64,000 bases of DNA, from positions 1 through 64,000 of the forward strand of contig JAUGWO010000033.1 in assembly GCA_049724395.1 (NCBI GenBank). Direction: 5' to 3'. This document shows positions 26,960 to 38,596 of the stretch, piece by piece (position 1 is the stretch's first letter; the number at the start of each line of letters is the position of its first letter). The notes under the pieces were generated by a model that saw only the letters and a list, made by a program, of their open reading frames with translations, made no database searches and had not been told where the DNA came from. A program made the translations under genes and the position numbers. This DNA comes from Spongospora subterranea f. sp. subterranea. Its lineage: Eukaryota.

Positions 26960-27635
26960 CGACGAAAATTCCAGTTTGTCAATAACGCGGATAATACATG
27001 AATGATTTCCGTTCCCAAATTGAATTTGAATCATCGAAATGATACAATGTAAGCTTGCTCATTAAAAAGAAGTTCAACTCACCGGGGTCACGGTTTTCAA
27101 TTTAGAAGTTTTGCTTTCAGCAGTACAGTAGATTTAACGAAAGACCAGGTCCGGACGATTTATGAGAAGAGCATGCAGAGCGAAACGATCCAGCGAAGTT
27201 TGCAATTGGATACAGAAACATTATCCGATTAACCTTTTCACCATGAGCTCTAACCATATCGACAAAAATGTGGTACCTGGATAAAAGAATCGTGTATTCA
27301 AACACAAACGTATCTTTAAAATTTGCCAGTACTAGGGAGTATTTCAACTGAATGAAGTCTCAACTCGCAGCTGATCTGGAAACGGCGCAACCTTTGCTAT
27401 TAGCTAAAGTTGTTAAAACCCCAGATCCCTGCTTGTTAAATTTGCTCTACAGGATCTCAATTTCTCCAATAACTTCTGCATCCTGACCGAGCTTGATTGT
27501 CACAGCTGTTTCAGAATGTGTCAATTGATGATTTGATTGATCATCGACCGCAGTCGATTCCTTTGTCGGCACTGAATTTACTAATGCACTCTTTCCTTTG
27601 CCGCTGGCAAATTCCGGGTAAAAAACCGTCATCAT
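26960..27635 (-). pseudogene. Decayed reading frame of unknown origin
   Basis: ORFs 27447-27635 and 27117-27347 are in one frame separated by isolated stops; no family recognised. Confidence 0.3.
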
Positions 27636-28922
27636 AGGTTTGTTTCAATCACAAATTATCATGCAATTTAGAGAAGTTTTTATGCCGAACAACATCTGTT
27701 CTCCCATGCCCATCAAGCTTCAAATCTTTTATTTTCGGTTCCAAACCAGATATCGACGTCCCGAAAGTGTCAGCCAAAACTGTCACTTTGTTCAACGTTC
27801 ATACGGCGGAGATTGTGTTGGCGATGACGAAGGCAAAAGAAAACCCCAAAAAGGATTTGTCGACGGATGCATGGTCCGGGGTCTCATTATGTTTTTGAAG
27901 CGAATTGGAGATTTCATCTTCTCATCTTGAGAGAGAACGCACCTACACAGCGTTGCCCGAGCATGAGCGCTCCCCTCCCTGCCATGTGTAGATTGGAGAC
28001 AGCGTTCAGCAGTTGATACAAGTTCCAGGATCGTTCCACGCCCCCGAAGAGCCGATTGGGGTGCCTGTAAGTAACCTGCGAAATCTCCAATTCGCTTGAA
28101 AAACCGAATGAGGCCCCGGAACACGCATCCGTATTACTTTGAGAAATCGTCGCCACAACTCGTGATCCCTTCAAGCAAACCGTCGTTGCCGAAAGGGACA
28201 GGTCCATACGGGACATGACATCTTGAACCTTGCTGGCGACAGCATCCTCCTCAGCCGGCGGCAAACCCTTCATGCAGGTTAGGCGATGGTTTGACCGGCA
28301 CTTCTCGGCAGCTTGTTCGTCCGATCAGGGAGTAAAATTCCATGTGCTATCCCTGGTTGAGAGCTGGCGAAAAAAATGTGCCCTTGAATAATGTTTCATC
28401 TGCCACCGCCTGGTTTCTCACAGGTGGCGGGGGACTGATGGATTCCATACTGCCATACTGTAGCCCATTGTATCCGGTGCGGTGATGCATGGGGTGTATG
28501 GGGTTACCCCTTACCCAAAACCGCTGTCTCATGACTCGAGGGGTAACGAATGAGCGAGATATTTTTTGTCATATCGATAACGATGGAGGTGATATCGATG
28601 ATGGGGGAGCGGGTGGGTCGGGACAATATCGATATCGGGGGATTGTGACGAACCGCCAATCCCATGGGCCCAAGGGCCCATCCCCGAAACTGCCATCGAT
28701 ACAATATCTTCTTTGGCTACCAATGCCTTGAGGTGCCCGGCTGACAAAATGAGGGGCCATGACTTTTCTGTGCGAATATATCTTTATCTTCAAATATCAA
28801 CGTCGTTGTTGTATTGTCTGTCGTAGAGACCAGTATTGTACTGGATCAGAGGCCCCGCCCCACTTTTTCACCCCATAATCCTATCGTCTCAATATTGTGA
28901 ACAACGAGGTTTTGTGCAAACC

Positions 28923-30355
28923 ATGGACGGGGATGTCAGAGGTGAATTGTCGGATGATGTGTGGTCAGAGGCTTCGGAAGGCGAACAGCAGTCTTGGCTT
29001 CGATCCGCCTTGCATGAATGCGAAACCAAGCCATTGATTGTTGATCCTCGTTATGAAATACCGTTGGAAGATGTTGGACTTGGCTTTGAAGACAACGAGG
29101 TCCCTTCCTCTTTGCTAGAGTTATCGATGGATAGTATCCCGCCGTGCGCCGCAAAGGCGGCAGCAAGCAATGCTCAGTGTCGTCGTCCATGCCGAATTTC
29201 AGTTTGAAAATGCTGAGCGATGTAAAATCGAGCCGCCTAGAGGCCATCAAGGCGAGCTCATATCCTCGCAGACGATCATCTGGAACACATGCTCTTCGGA
29301 AGTGCAAGAATTCAACCCCCGGCTTCATGCGTGATACTGAGGCGTGGACAAAACGGAGAACTAGCAGCATTGCAGCAGACAGACCTGTACGGTCAGCTGT
29401 TATCGCCCCTGTTAAACGGCAAATCTCTGCACTGTGCAAGTCCGTTTGTTCGCTACCGTCAAAGATTCGAAGTCTTCGCTCTTCCCAGGCGACGTTCGCA
29501 AAACATTGCCGCAACGACTCTCATCCTACGCTAAAGGCTAGATCATCCACAGTTTTTACTAGCAAGCCCAAGGTTAAACGGTCTCGCAAGCTTGCAAAAT
29601 CGTATAATCGCAGTCAACATCGCGAAGGGTTTATAGGTGGGGCTTTTGAACATTTTGATTCGCTCAACCTGCGTACTTCTTCAAATCTGGATCCCGTGCA
29701 TAGCTCGTTTTCTTCATCATCTTGTGAATTTATCGAGGCAAGACGTTTTCATGCCACGACAGTTCAGTTCACTTAGTTCATTTACAGAAACCTCAACCCC
29801 AAGTTCGCCGGCGAGCTCGAAAACCTGCCTATCCTGGCCAAATGTCCTTACCAGCCTCTAAATGGTTGACCGCCGATTCTTTCATACCAAAGAAGGTGAA
29901 AGACTCGGCAAGTGGTTCAGGGAGAATGAAGCAGACGGCGGAAACCGAAGGGGAACCGGAGGTATTTTAGTTGAAAAAATATGGTTTACAAATTTTTTAT
30001 TCAGCCTACAGGAGGATATGTGCCTTATGGGACTTAACAATGAGGGAGACGACGATGCCAGTAGTGTTGATCTAGATATATCTCCAACGGAGAAATCTCC
30101 CCCTGCCAGGCTGGAACTGGAAATGGATCAGTTACGAAAGGCATTGTCGAATGTCTCGCTCATGTATCAAGATCAGGTTCAGTGTCTGAAACTGCAACTC
30201 GATTCCTCGATCGAAAAGGTATAAACTTCTGGTTCCGTTCATCGGTCCGATATTCAATCGATCTGTTTCAGGCGCAATACGATCAAAAACAGATTGCAAT
30301 TCTGAAGAGGAGGCTTATCGAGGCAACTACAAGTCAGCAAGTTCGGGGAAGATAA
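28923..30355 (+). CDS. Hypothetical protein, multi-exon, with a C-terminal coiled coil
   Basis: Successive ORFs 28836, 29144 and 29862; splice sites such as aaaag|gtataa and tttcag|gcgcaa; LEMDQLRKAL...LKLQLD. Exon structure is uncertain. Confidence 0.5.
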
Positions 30356-31270
30356 TAACCTGTCATGTTTATAAATATACACTATATGATATCGCAATCA
30401 TTTGATTTGGCAACTTCATATCATGACGAAATTCAGCTGAACACCCCCTGCAGTTCCATTGGATGAATCCAGAAAACAATATTGTGATAAACGTGCATTA
30501 GCCGTTGCCTCTGCAAAATCTTCGCGCTCATTGATTCTTGCTCAAGTATTGAGATTTCAGTCCTAGTACAGTATTTCAGCAAATATGGCCTTGAGGTCAC
30601 CCTTGTTCATGGGATTCTGAAATGACGCTATCCTCATCAATAAAAAACCCTGATTATTGGTCTATACGTCCGCCTAGCACCTGAAAGATGAGCGTTGATT
30701 TCATTGAAAACCAGGACCCTGACTCTAACCAATCTAACATATTGGTCCAGGTACCGATTGTTTCGAGCTGGGAACTTTGACGATCTCGGAATTGCTTTTG
30801 ACTCCGGCAATGTTATTCTGCAGACCTTGCAAGGAAGTATGGTTTGTATATCTAATCACGCCTAGTTGTACTACTACGTTTGGTAGTATTGACTGATTCA
30901 CATGTCTCAACCAACGGCAATTGATCCTCTATTTACCAGAGACCAGAGACTAATTAACTGAATTTGGGTGGCGCCAAATTCATAGATTCTGAATAATTCA
31001 AGATTCAAATACATATCCAGTGGGCACGGCCAAGGCCGCGACGGGCATAATCTGCCGTAGCCAGTCACTGTTTCTGCGCAGCGGCCCTTCCTCACTTGAG
31101 CGACACTGCACTTGACTCACAATGATAATGGCCGATAACCAATAGGTATTTCAAGGAGGTCATGATGACCTCTCTGGAATATCTATTGTAAGTGACAGCA
31201 AGCCAGCGATGCCAGATCGTGATGAAGAGTTTTGCGGAGAAACTGAGTCCGGTGATATTCGGGTGTGAGC

Positions 31271-32123
31271 GCGATTATTGGTCCGAGAACGAGGGTGACG
31301 TTGTTTGATTGGCTTCGAGTTCGTTTGGGGGTACCCTCTCTGATGTCAATGCTCATATTGAGCAGATCATTGTGAATGGACGCAGACAATGGAGTTGTAA
31401 ACACTGCAATGTCAAAAACGCCAATCAGGTATTTTCTTACCCCATGACCCTAAAAACGCTCAAGTTTGATAACTACAAAAGAAATAAGGTAAATGTACAG
31501 ACCTCTCTTGAAGGCAGAAATCCACGTATCAGTCGTGTTCGCTACACTAGCGATTCCTGATGTGCCTCAAAAGAAACAAGGGACTTTTGACACGGGTTGC
31601 TTCCCAATGCTTTCTCTGGACGCCACTACATAACGATCTTCTAAGGTAGAAATCGGCAAAATCAACCTGCTGGGCGACATTGAACGGCTGCTAAGGATTG
31701 ATGTATCCATTTGAACAAATGATCGTTGGCCTTGTCTACACGATGACTTTCCATCGGTGGATCTGCTTTCTTTCTTGCAATAAGTCTGTTCCGAGTTTCA
31801 CAAACCCGTCGTCAGCTTCTTCTGCGTTGGGTCAGGACAGTACATTTCATCGTGTTTGCTTCTCAAATGCCGACGAATGGTGAACGTATCCTTGGTTCCC
31901 CATACTTAAATTGTACTGGGTTGGGTAGACGTTGTCATGGCAACCGGATCATCGGATAAGATCATACCTGCTTGACCTTTTTGGCATTGCAGTGTTTACA
32001 ACTCCATTTTTGGCGTCGATTTACAATGATCTGCTCAATATGAGCGTTGACATCTGAGAGGGTACACCCAGACGAACTCGGCCAATGAAAGAACGCCACC
32101 CTCGTTCTCGGACTCATAATCGC
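31271..32123. repeat. Diverged inverted repeat (31271-31432 / 31964-32123) encoding WxCxxC peptides; possible fold-back element
   Basis: Both arms translate TLSDVNAHIEQIIVN.R..WSCKHCN and both end in caggtat. Confidence 0.9.
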
Positions 32124-32409
32124 ACACACAAGGAAACATTTCTTTCGGTTGAAGTATTTTGAAGGCTGAGGCTTGACATTCAATGATACCTTTCTTCAAA
32201 ATCAATAAAAATGTACACGATTTACATACGACAAACCTGAGGCTCAAAGGTCATCCACTGAAATTCTATACGCGAACAGTCCAGAGTTTCCCATAACAGA
32301 GCGTGTTTGACGCTATATCGACAAGGAGAGACGCACACAAAATTGTACAAAACGGGTTCTTTATAACAAAAGTTTGCAATGGTGAGCATGTTCGGAACAT
32401 GAAGATCAC

Positions 32410-33918
32410 TTATTGGCAAACGGCGGCGATATCCATGTGCTTGTAGGTTCCATAGCATGGGTCGCCGAACACGTCGTTCGTGGCCTGAACTGTGCAACTT
32501 TGTTGACCGACGCAGGCATTGGACACGACAATGAAACTGGACGGAGAGTGGCACCATCCTTGCTGGAAATTGGGGAACTCGCCGTTCGGCATTCCGTACG
32601 ATGCGAAGTTGATCGAGGAGATGGTCTTGCCTTCCGGGCAGGCGAGGGTTAGGCTCTGGTTCTCGGATGTCGTACCGCCAACCATCACCGGTTTGGGGCG
32701 GCTCTCGCATTGGCCGTTGTCGGAGCAGAAGTCGCCGTTGCCGCATTGGTCGTGGGTCAGACAGCGGTAGCAGTTGGGGGCTCCAACGTGGCACAGCTCC
32801 TTCACCGTCATTCCTTCGACGTGCTCGTTCACGTACTCGATGGCCTTGTTCACGTCCGACAGATCGTGAGCGCGGGTCTCCGATTGCGCTTGGTGTGCAC
32901 CTTGAGCATCAGCCAGAGCCGTAGCCAAATCGTCCAACGATTGTTGAGTGCTCTGGATGGCGTCCTGGTCGCGTCCGATCTCGTCGTGCTTGGCGCCGAT
33001 AGCGGCCTCCAACGAGGCGCCTTTGGCGCCCTCGGTCGCTACAATGTCCAAAGCGTCATCGCGAGATTTGCTGTAGGACGTGATCATGGTCGTGTACTCG
33101 GCCAAGCTCAGGTTGAACTTGGCGACCTCCTCCTCCTCAGCCGATACGTACAGGGCGCGACTGTCTTCGGTTCCTTGGCGGATCTTGTTCAACAGGCCGA
33201 GCAGGGTGTCGCGGATCTCGTTCTTCGTTGGGCCTTTCTTGCCCTTCTTCTTCTGCATAAGTTCGACGGCGGCCTGGACGACGGCCATGAACGACTGGGC
33301 TTTACGGTGGACGAACCCATGGCGCTGGGCGCTCAACTTGGCGAGAGCGTCGTCGAATTGGAAGTTCGACACCATGTCGATCAGCTCTCCCAAAGTCGCC
33401 AACGAATCATCGTGCTGTTTGATCACGTCGTCGAACTGCGCTTTGTGAGCGGCGCGCTCATCCTTGATCTGGCTAACCAGGGCTTCGTAGAGCTTGACCT
33501 GGCTGTCATCGTCGGCCGCCTCCTTCGACTTTTGCTCGATCAGCGCTTTGCTCGTGGCGTAATCCCCCTCGATCTGCGCCAACTCGTTCTGGTCCTGGAC
33601 CAGATCCTGTTTCTGTTGGGCCAGCGCAGCCTCCAGTGCCTCTTTCTCAGCACCTTTCGCGCCCAGGAACGACTCGTAATCGGCGTCGGCCTTGTTCTGA
33701 TCGGCGCGGAGCTGGGTGAGCAGGGATTCAAGTTCGTCCAAGATCTCTGTTTTCGGGTCCGACAGTTTCACCAACTTGAGTGCATCTCCGTTCGAGAGCC
33801 CATATCGCGATGCGATCTCGTGAACCGACGCCTGCAGGTTCTTGGAGAGGACGACCTTGGTGGGCACAGAAGCGGCACCGAGCCCGATAAGACAACAGAC
33901 AACCAGAAGGGTATTCAT
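32410..33918 (-). CDS. Secreted coiled-coil protein with a C-terminal SUEL/galactose-binding lectin domain; intronless
   Basis: 502-aa ORF, signal peptide MNTLLVVCCLIGLGAAS, long heptads, and LACPEGKTISSINFASYG...CVGQQSCTVQATNDVFGDPCYGTYKHM. Confidence 0.92.
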   Translation of the reverse strand: MNTLLVVCCLIGLGAASVPTKVVLSKNLQASVHEIASRYGLSNGDALKLVKLSDPKTEILDELESLLTQLRADQNKADADYESFLGAKGAEKEALEAALAQQKQDLVQDQNELAQIEGDYATSKALIEQKSKEAADDDSQVKLYEALVSQIKDERAAHKAQFDDVIKQHDDSLATLGELIDMVSNFQFDDALAKLSAQRHGFVHRKAQSFMAVVQAAVELMQKKKGKKGPTKNEIRDTLLGLLNKIRQGTEDSRALYVSAEEEEVAKFNLSLAEYTTMITSYSKSRDDALDIVATEGAKGASLEAAIGAKHDEIGRDQDAIQSTQQSLDDLATALADAQGAHQAQSETRAHDLSDVNKAIEYVNEHVEGMTVKELCHVGAPNCYRCLTHDQCGNGDFCSDNGQCESRPKPVMVGGTTSENQSLTLACPEGKTISSINFASYGMPNGEFPNFQQGWCHSPSSFIVVSNACVGQQSCTVQATNDVFGDPCYGTYKHMDIAAVCQ

Positions 33919-34277
33919 TATCGTGATGTTCGATCAACCTATGCGTTTTCGTTATGATTATGTGAGGGCGATTGATTGGGTGATGAGTCGGGGGCGATTA
34001 TCGCAAGCCGACTTGGATCGAGTACCGATTTTGGGAGTTATTTCTCGACCGTACGCGATCAGTACAACGCCAAAACTACCTTCCCGGAAAAGCAATGCCG
34101 AGGTTTTCCGACAAGTTTTCGCGAAGCGACCGTCTGGAAAACCAAGGAGCGTTGGGATAGTCGGCCCTGGATAGCGCTAATGGTCTACACAAATTTATGG
34201 AAAAAATTTTGTGGGATTAGTTTGAGAAACCATTAAGTAAATGTGGTCTTTGTATTTTTGGACAAGGATGGAGTAAA

Positions 34278-36855
34278 TTACGGTTTGAGAGAACCTGGAC
34301 CAACGGCTTCAGGTTCGATATCGGTTGATATCGTTAGCTTTTTGGCCTCCGGGGTGAACGGCTGATGAGTTGTCCGAACGACTCGCTCCCTAAGGTTGAT
34401 TGAGCTTGAGTTGGGCGGTAGGGGAAATATTCTCCTACCAAGTGTGTCCGTTGGGGTTGAGGAACGTCGGGCTCGCCGAGGTGACCTGACAACAACGACA
34501 ATGACGAACAATACAAACGAAAGTGCAACATTGTTGATACCAAGTTGATAGGTAGCATTACTGTGCGGTTATTTACTAAACCAGATGTAAATCCAGTGAA
34601 TCCTGCCATAGCGCCGTGCTGGTTGAAATCAAAGTCAATGATGGAAGATGAAGGTTATGCTCCATACATACCACCGCGTTTTGAGCCAATATCATGCAGT
34701 AGATAGAGTCACTAGAATTTGCGGCGATACTTCGAATCTGAACGAGCGGATTGGCACAATATTCACATTTGAATTGATATATTTAACATTACCATGTAGG
34801 ATGGGTCGTTATACTTGATAGATACGTCCATCCCGAGTGTCCGGAAATGGGTTTTGAGTACGGATTTCAGATGCAGGCCAATGTCTTCAGGAATTACATT
34901 GCCGCTGGCATCTTTGACATCCGATGTCTGTGAATACTCAGCATTTTCGCTATCAGTTTCAAATACTCTCTATGACATACCTTTAAGAGGTTTCCTCCAG
35001 CACCTTCAGCAAGAACGATCGTGCAATGTCCGTTCTTTTGAATAGCTATAAAGTATCATGCCGTCAAACGTTATGCTGACGTGAATTAAATTGGCATTAA
35101 CCTTTCTTGATGTGATTCAGGATTCCCCCATCTCCGTCCAACTGTATTGGAATCTCAGCGATTAAACAGAGATCAACGTCTTGACTGGCTGTAGAAAAAG
35201 ATCAGATAAATCCAAATACCACCTGGCAAAACGATAGACCTAATGTGGCATGAGCTGCAATGAAACCTGCATATCGACCCATCAACTTAACAAGCCCTAT
35301 GCCAAACGGCGTACACGACGCTTCAACGCGAGCACTGGCAATAGCCTTTTCCGCCTCCTCCACGGCAGTGTTGAAGCCGAAGGAGCTGACAACAAATGAG
35401 TGCGTTGCAAATTGCAAAGCCGGTTTTCTCACCGGTCAATTATCCCAATGTCGTTATCAATAGTTTTCGGAATGCAAACGATCGAAATCTTCAATTTGCG
35501 TTTCCGAACTTCCTGAACATCAAGTAATTGTGACTCAAAGGTCTCACAAAAGAAAAGGAGTACCTCATAAAGACAAGTCGCACCGCGGTGAGTCCCATCT
35601 CCACCGATGATGTAAACTTGTGAAATATCATGGGTCAATATTGCAGCAATAATTTTGTCTAATGAAACAGTATGTTGAATGACACCCGATAAATCGACAG
35701 ACATGCAAAAGAACCTTGATCAAATCCCCCCCTTGATGATCCTAACATTGTCCCCTATGCCAAATATGTCAAAATTTTTAACTGTGATCCACAATGACGA
35801 ATACCCCAGTCTTATGGTATGGTTTCATGACGGCAGGAGTAAGCGTGATATAAGGGCTATAATCTGCATCGTAGAACCCTCGATAACCGCATCGTATTCC
35901 ATAAATTTTATCGACACTGTAATTATCTTGGTGAAAATCCAGTCAAAACCCCAATTGGATAACTAGACAGAGCTGGCATACAGTGAAGCATTTGCACAAG
36001 CTCGTGAATCACGTCATTTAGGCCTGGACATAAACCTCCGCAAGTGACAATACAGGCGTTAACCTAAATGAAAATACCAATTTTAGAAATGATATTTGTC
36101 ATAGCAACGATGAATACCTGGGCAGGGCGATAGACAATCTGGACACGAGGTCCAGCTCGGACAAAAGCCGTTCCTTTGTGGCTTTTTGACGTTCGAACCA
36201 GGTCTCCGAGAATCACTGACAGCAATGGGACGTAAGATCCTGTCTATCCAGCAGCAAGAGTCATTACCTTGATCGTCATTAACGGGAACAGAGTAGCCTT
36301 TTCTGGAGACGTTGCCTGTCCGAGTCCGAAAGAATTCATTATCATAATAATCAATATCAGGCAAATAATCAGAAAGTTTAGGAACTGCATGGACTTTAAT
36401 CTCATCGATATATTGCCTAAACAGCGTATTAGATGAATCAATTACAAAGTGGTCTTGGACATCACCCAGTCGACTCTGTTCTAGCCTGCAGATCAGGAGT
36501 GAACAATTTCGCCTGGCCTGAATGATAAAGATGGGACCCATTGGAAGCGACTAATTTGTAATCGGGATGTGCCTCCTCTGAAATTCAAAAACAGCGTGTA
36601 AAAATCAAATTTCGCAAGGTATATCAAACAATGAACGTATCCCAGCGAGATAATCGAAATAAGAGTGCCACTATTGACAGGATAAGGAACCTGAAGCGTT
36701 TTTGTGGCTTGGGGAGTGAGCTGGCCCCGCGAAACGGCTTCGCCTTCCTCGAAAGCCGTATTCGGCGCCAAGTCGAGCAACGGACATGAACGCAAAAAAC
36801 GTGCTGACGAAGATGGCGAATTCCCCCCATGCAGGGAACGCCCCGGCGCACTCAT
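34278..36855 (-). CDS. PFK: 6-phosphofructokinase (plant/protist group X type), multi-exon
   Basis: [75 protein letters not shown]. Confidence 0.93.
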
Positions 36856-37302
36856 CCCCCATAATCACGAGCGATTTCTGGGGGGTTTCCGCTAATGATT
36901 ACAGTACAACAACAAGAACAGCGAGTAAAATGATTGACAGGACGTGTGTTGTGAAGTGGATTATAACATGATACGGTTAAGTCATCATGTTACGGACTGT
37001 TTTGATTTGGCCGCTCGTGTCCGGCCACCGCCACCGCCACCGCCGCCGCCGCCGCTTGTCTCTCCGCTCGCCATGACGGTGTAGTTATCGCGTGAAATGG
37101 CGATCCGCTTTGACCCCGAGAATATTTAGCCTTCCCTCGCCGAATCGCCGGTCGTCACTGAGTTTGGCACCCTAGAGAGCTGATCGAAGCAAGAACCATC
37201 CAATGTTTCCACTGTGTCAGTCTACTTGAGATTGTTTGTTTGTTTTGGCGGTTTCGTTACGTTGAAACACTGGCTGCGTTTAACGGTGAACAAAAAACAA
37301 GA

Positions 37303-37375
37303 AGCCTACGGCGGGGCTCGAACCCGCAGCCTTGGGATTAAGAGTCCCACGCTCTACCGATTGAGCTACGCGGGC
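37303..37375 (-). tRNA. tRNA-Lys(CTT)
   Basis: GCCCGCGTAGCTCAATCGGTAGAGCGTGGGACTCTTAATCCCAAGGCTGCGGGTTCGAGCCCCGCCGTAGGCT folds as a cloverleaf with anticodon CTT and a downstream T-run terminator; one acceptor-stem mismatch (C4-A69). Confidence 0.95.
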
Positions 37376-37843
37376 TAATTCATTGAACTGTAACGCGGAC
37401 ATCTAATCTAAGTAGGATACGCCAGGATATTCTTTGTTGTTTTGTTTTTTGGATAAATGGGCCGTTAAAACGAGATCAAGGAGAAGAACCAAAAATGGTC
37501 GTAGGCACTGGAAATAGTTCTGATTGAGTGCTATCGGGCAACCAACCTTGACTTAAAGGAAAATATATGGATAGAGTGATATCGCCCGACCAACCTTTTG
37601 CCCTGGCTCAAGTCGGAGGCCGACCAAAACAAGTCTGCAGGGTGGACGAACGTTGTCACGATGATGCCACAACAAGCGATAACGCAGTTCGATGTTCGAA
37701 ACTGTCAGGTTGTGATAAACAATCGCATGTCATATAGTTTAGTTCTAACCTCAATCCAAGGCGGAAGGGGGCTGATGCCGCTGGCCGGGTTCGCTGCCTG
37801 GGCGCCGGACGCCACTGATGACCAATGGCTGAAAATTGGTTCG

Positions 37844-38194
37844 AACCAAGCCCATGATTAAGCCCTATGGGAAACCCGCGGCTGCATGATGATGCAGTGG
37901 ACGAAAATCATCAACGGCAACTTCGCAAACGGCGAACGTTCTCTGGAGGTGGACGCTATGCTGGTCAAGGTGGTACGCACACGCCGTTGGGTTCAATTTG
38001 CCAGAGCTGGGCCATGGCCGGTCGACGAGAGCGGATCTTGGCGAGCAAACGGTAGACCATTCACCCTCCTCGTCGAGCGCTTGATCAACGTCGTCCACCT
38101 CCAGAGAAAGTTCGCCGTTTGCGAAGTTCCCGTTGTTGGTTTCGTCCATTGCACCCACGTGTTTCCCTTAAAGGGATCAATTATGGGCTTGGTT
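37844..38194. repeat. Diverged inverted repeat (37844-37969 / 38080-38194)
   Basis: Both arms translate NGNFANGE.SLEVD; the ends are aaccaagcccat and atgggcttggtt. Confidence 0.9.
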
Positions 38195-38596
38195 TACGGA
38201 TTCTGATTCTGTTAACACTGTTCATATACCGGATCTCATCGTCGCTTCGAACGGGTCATTTCGCACAACTGGGATGTTTCATATGACGGCGCCCCTTCAA
38301 TATTCGCAATCACCGGTTCTGAACGGGGATATCATAACGCCCATTGGTTCACAGCCGTCCAATCTGGCTGTGGACTAGTACGATCCTCAGATCACCGCCG
38401 CAATCAACCAACTCATTCGTTCAAAATTCGGGGCCGTTTTTTACAATCGCCAGCGTTGACTTCCACCACCAGAGAACCCCGTTTGAATCATCTCCAAATC
38501 AGTCGGTCGGCCATTGAAACGTGATTTAGAGGACATTATTTATTTTCTGACTATTTGGGAACATTTTTGGAAACTCGATTGATTGGAAAAAGTGAT

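Noticed and set aside
32710..33957. 415-aa plus-strand ORF
   Set aside because: Antisense shadow of the GC3-rich 502-aa minus-strand gene; no protein-like features.
36986..37074. Small poly-Gly ORF MASGETSGGG on the minus strand upstream of PFK
   Set aside because: Under 30 codons and driven by a CCG/CCA microsatellite; there is no other support.
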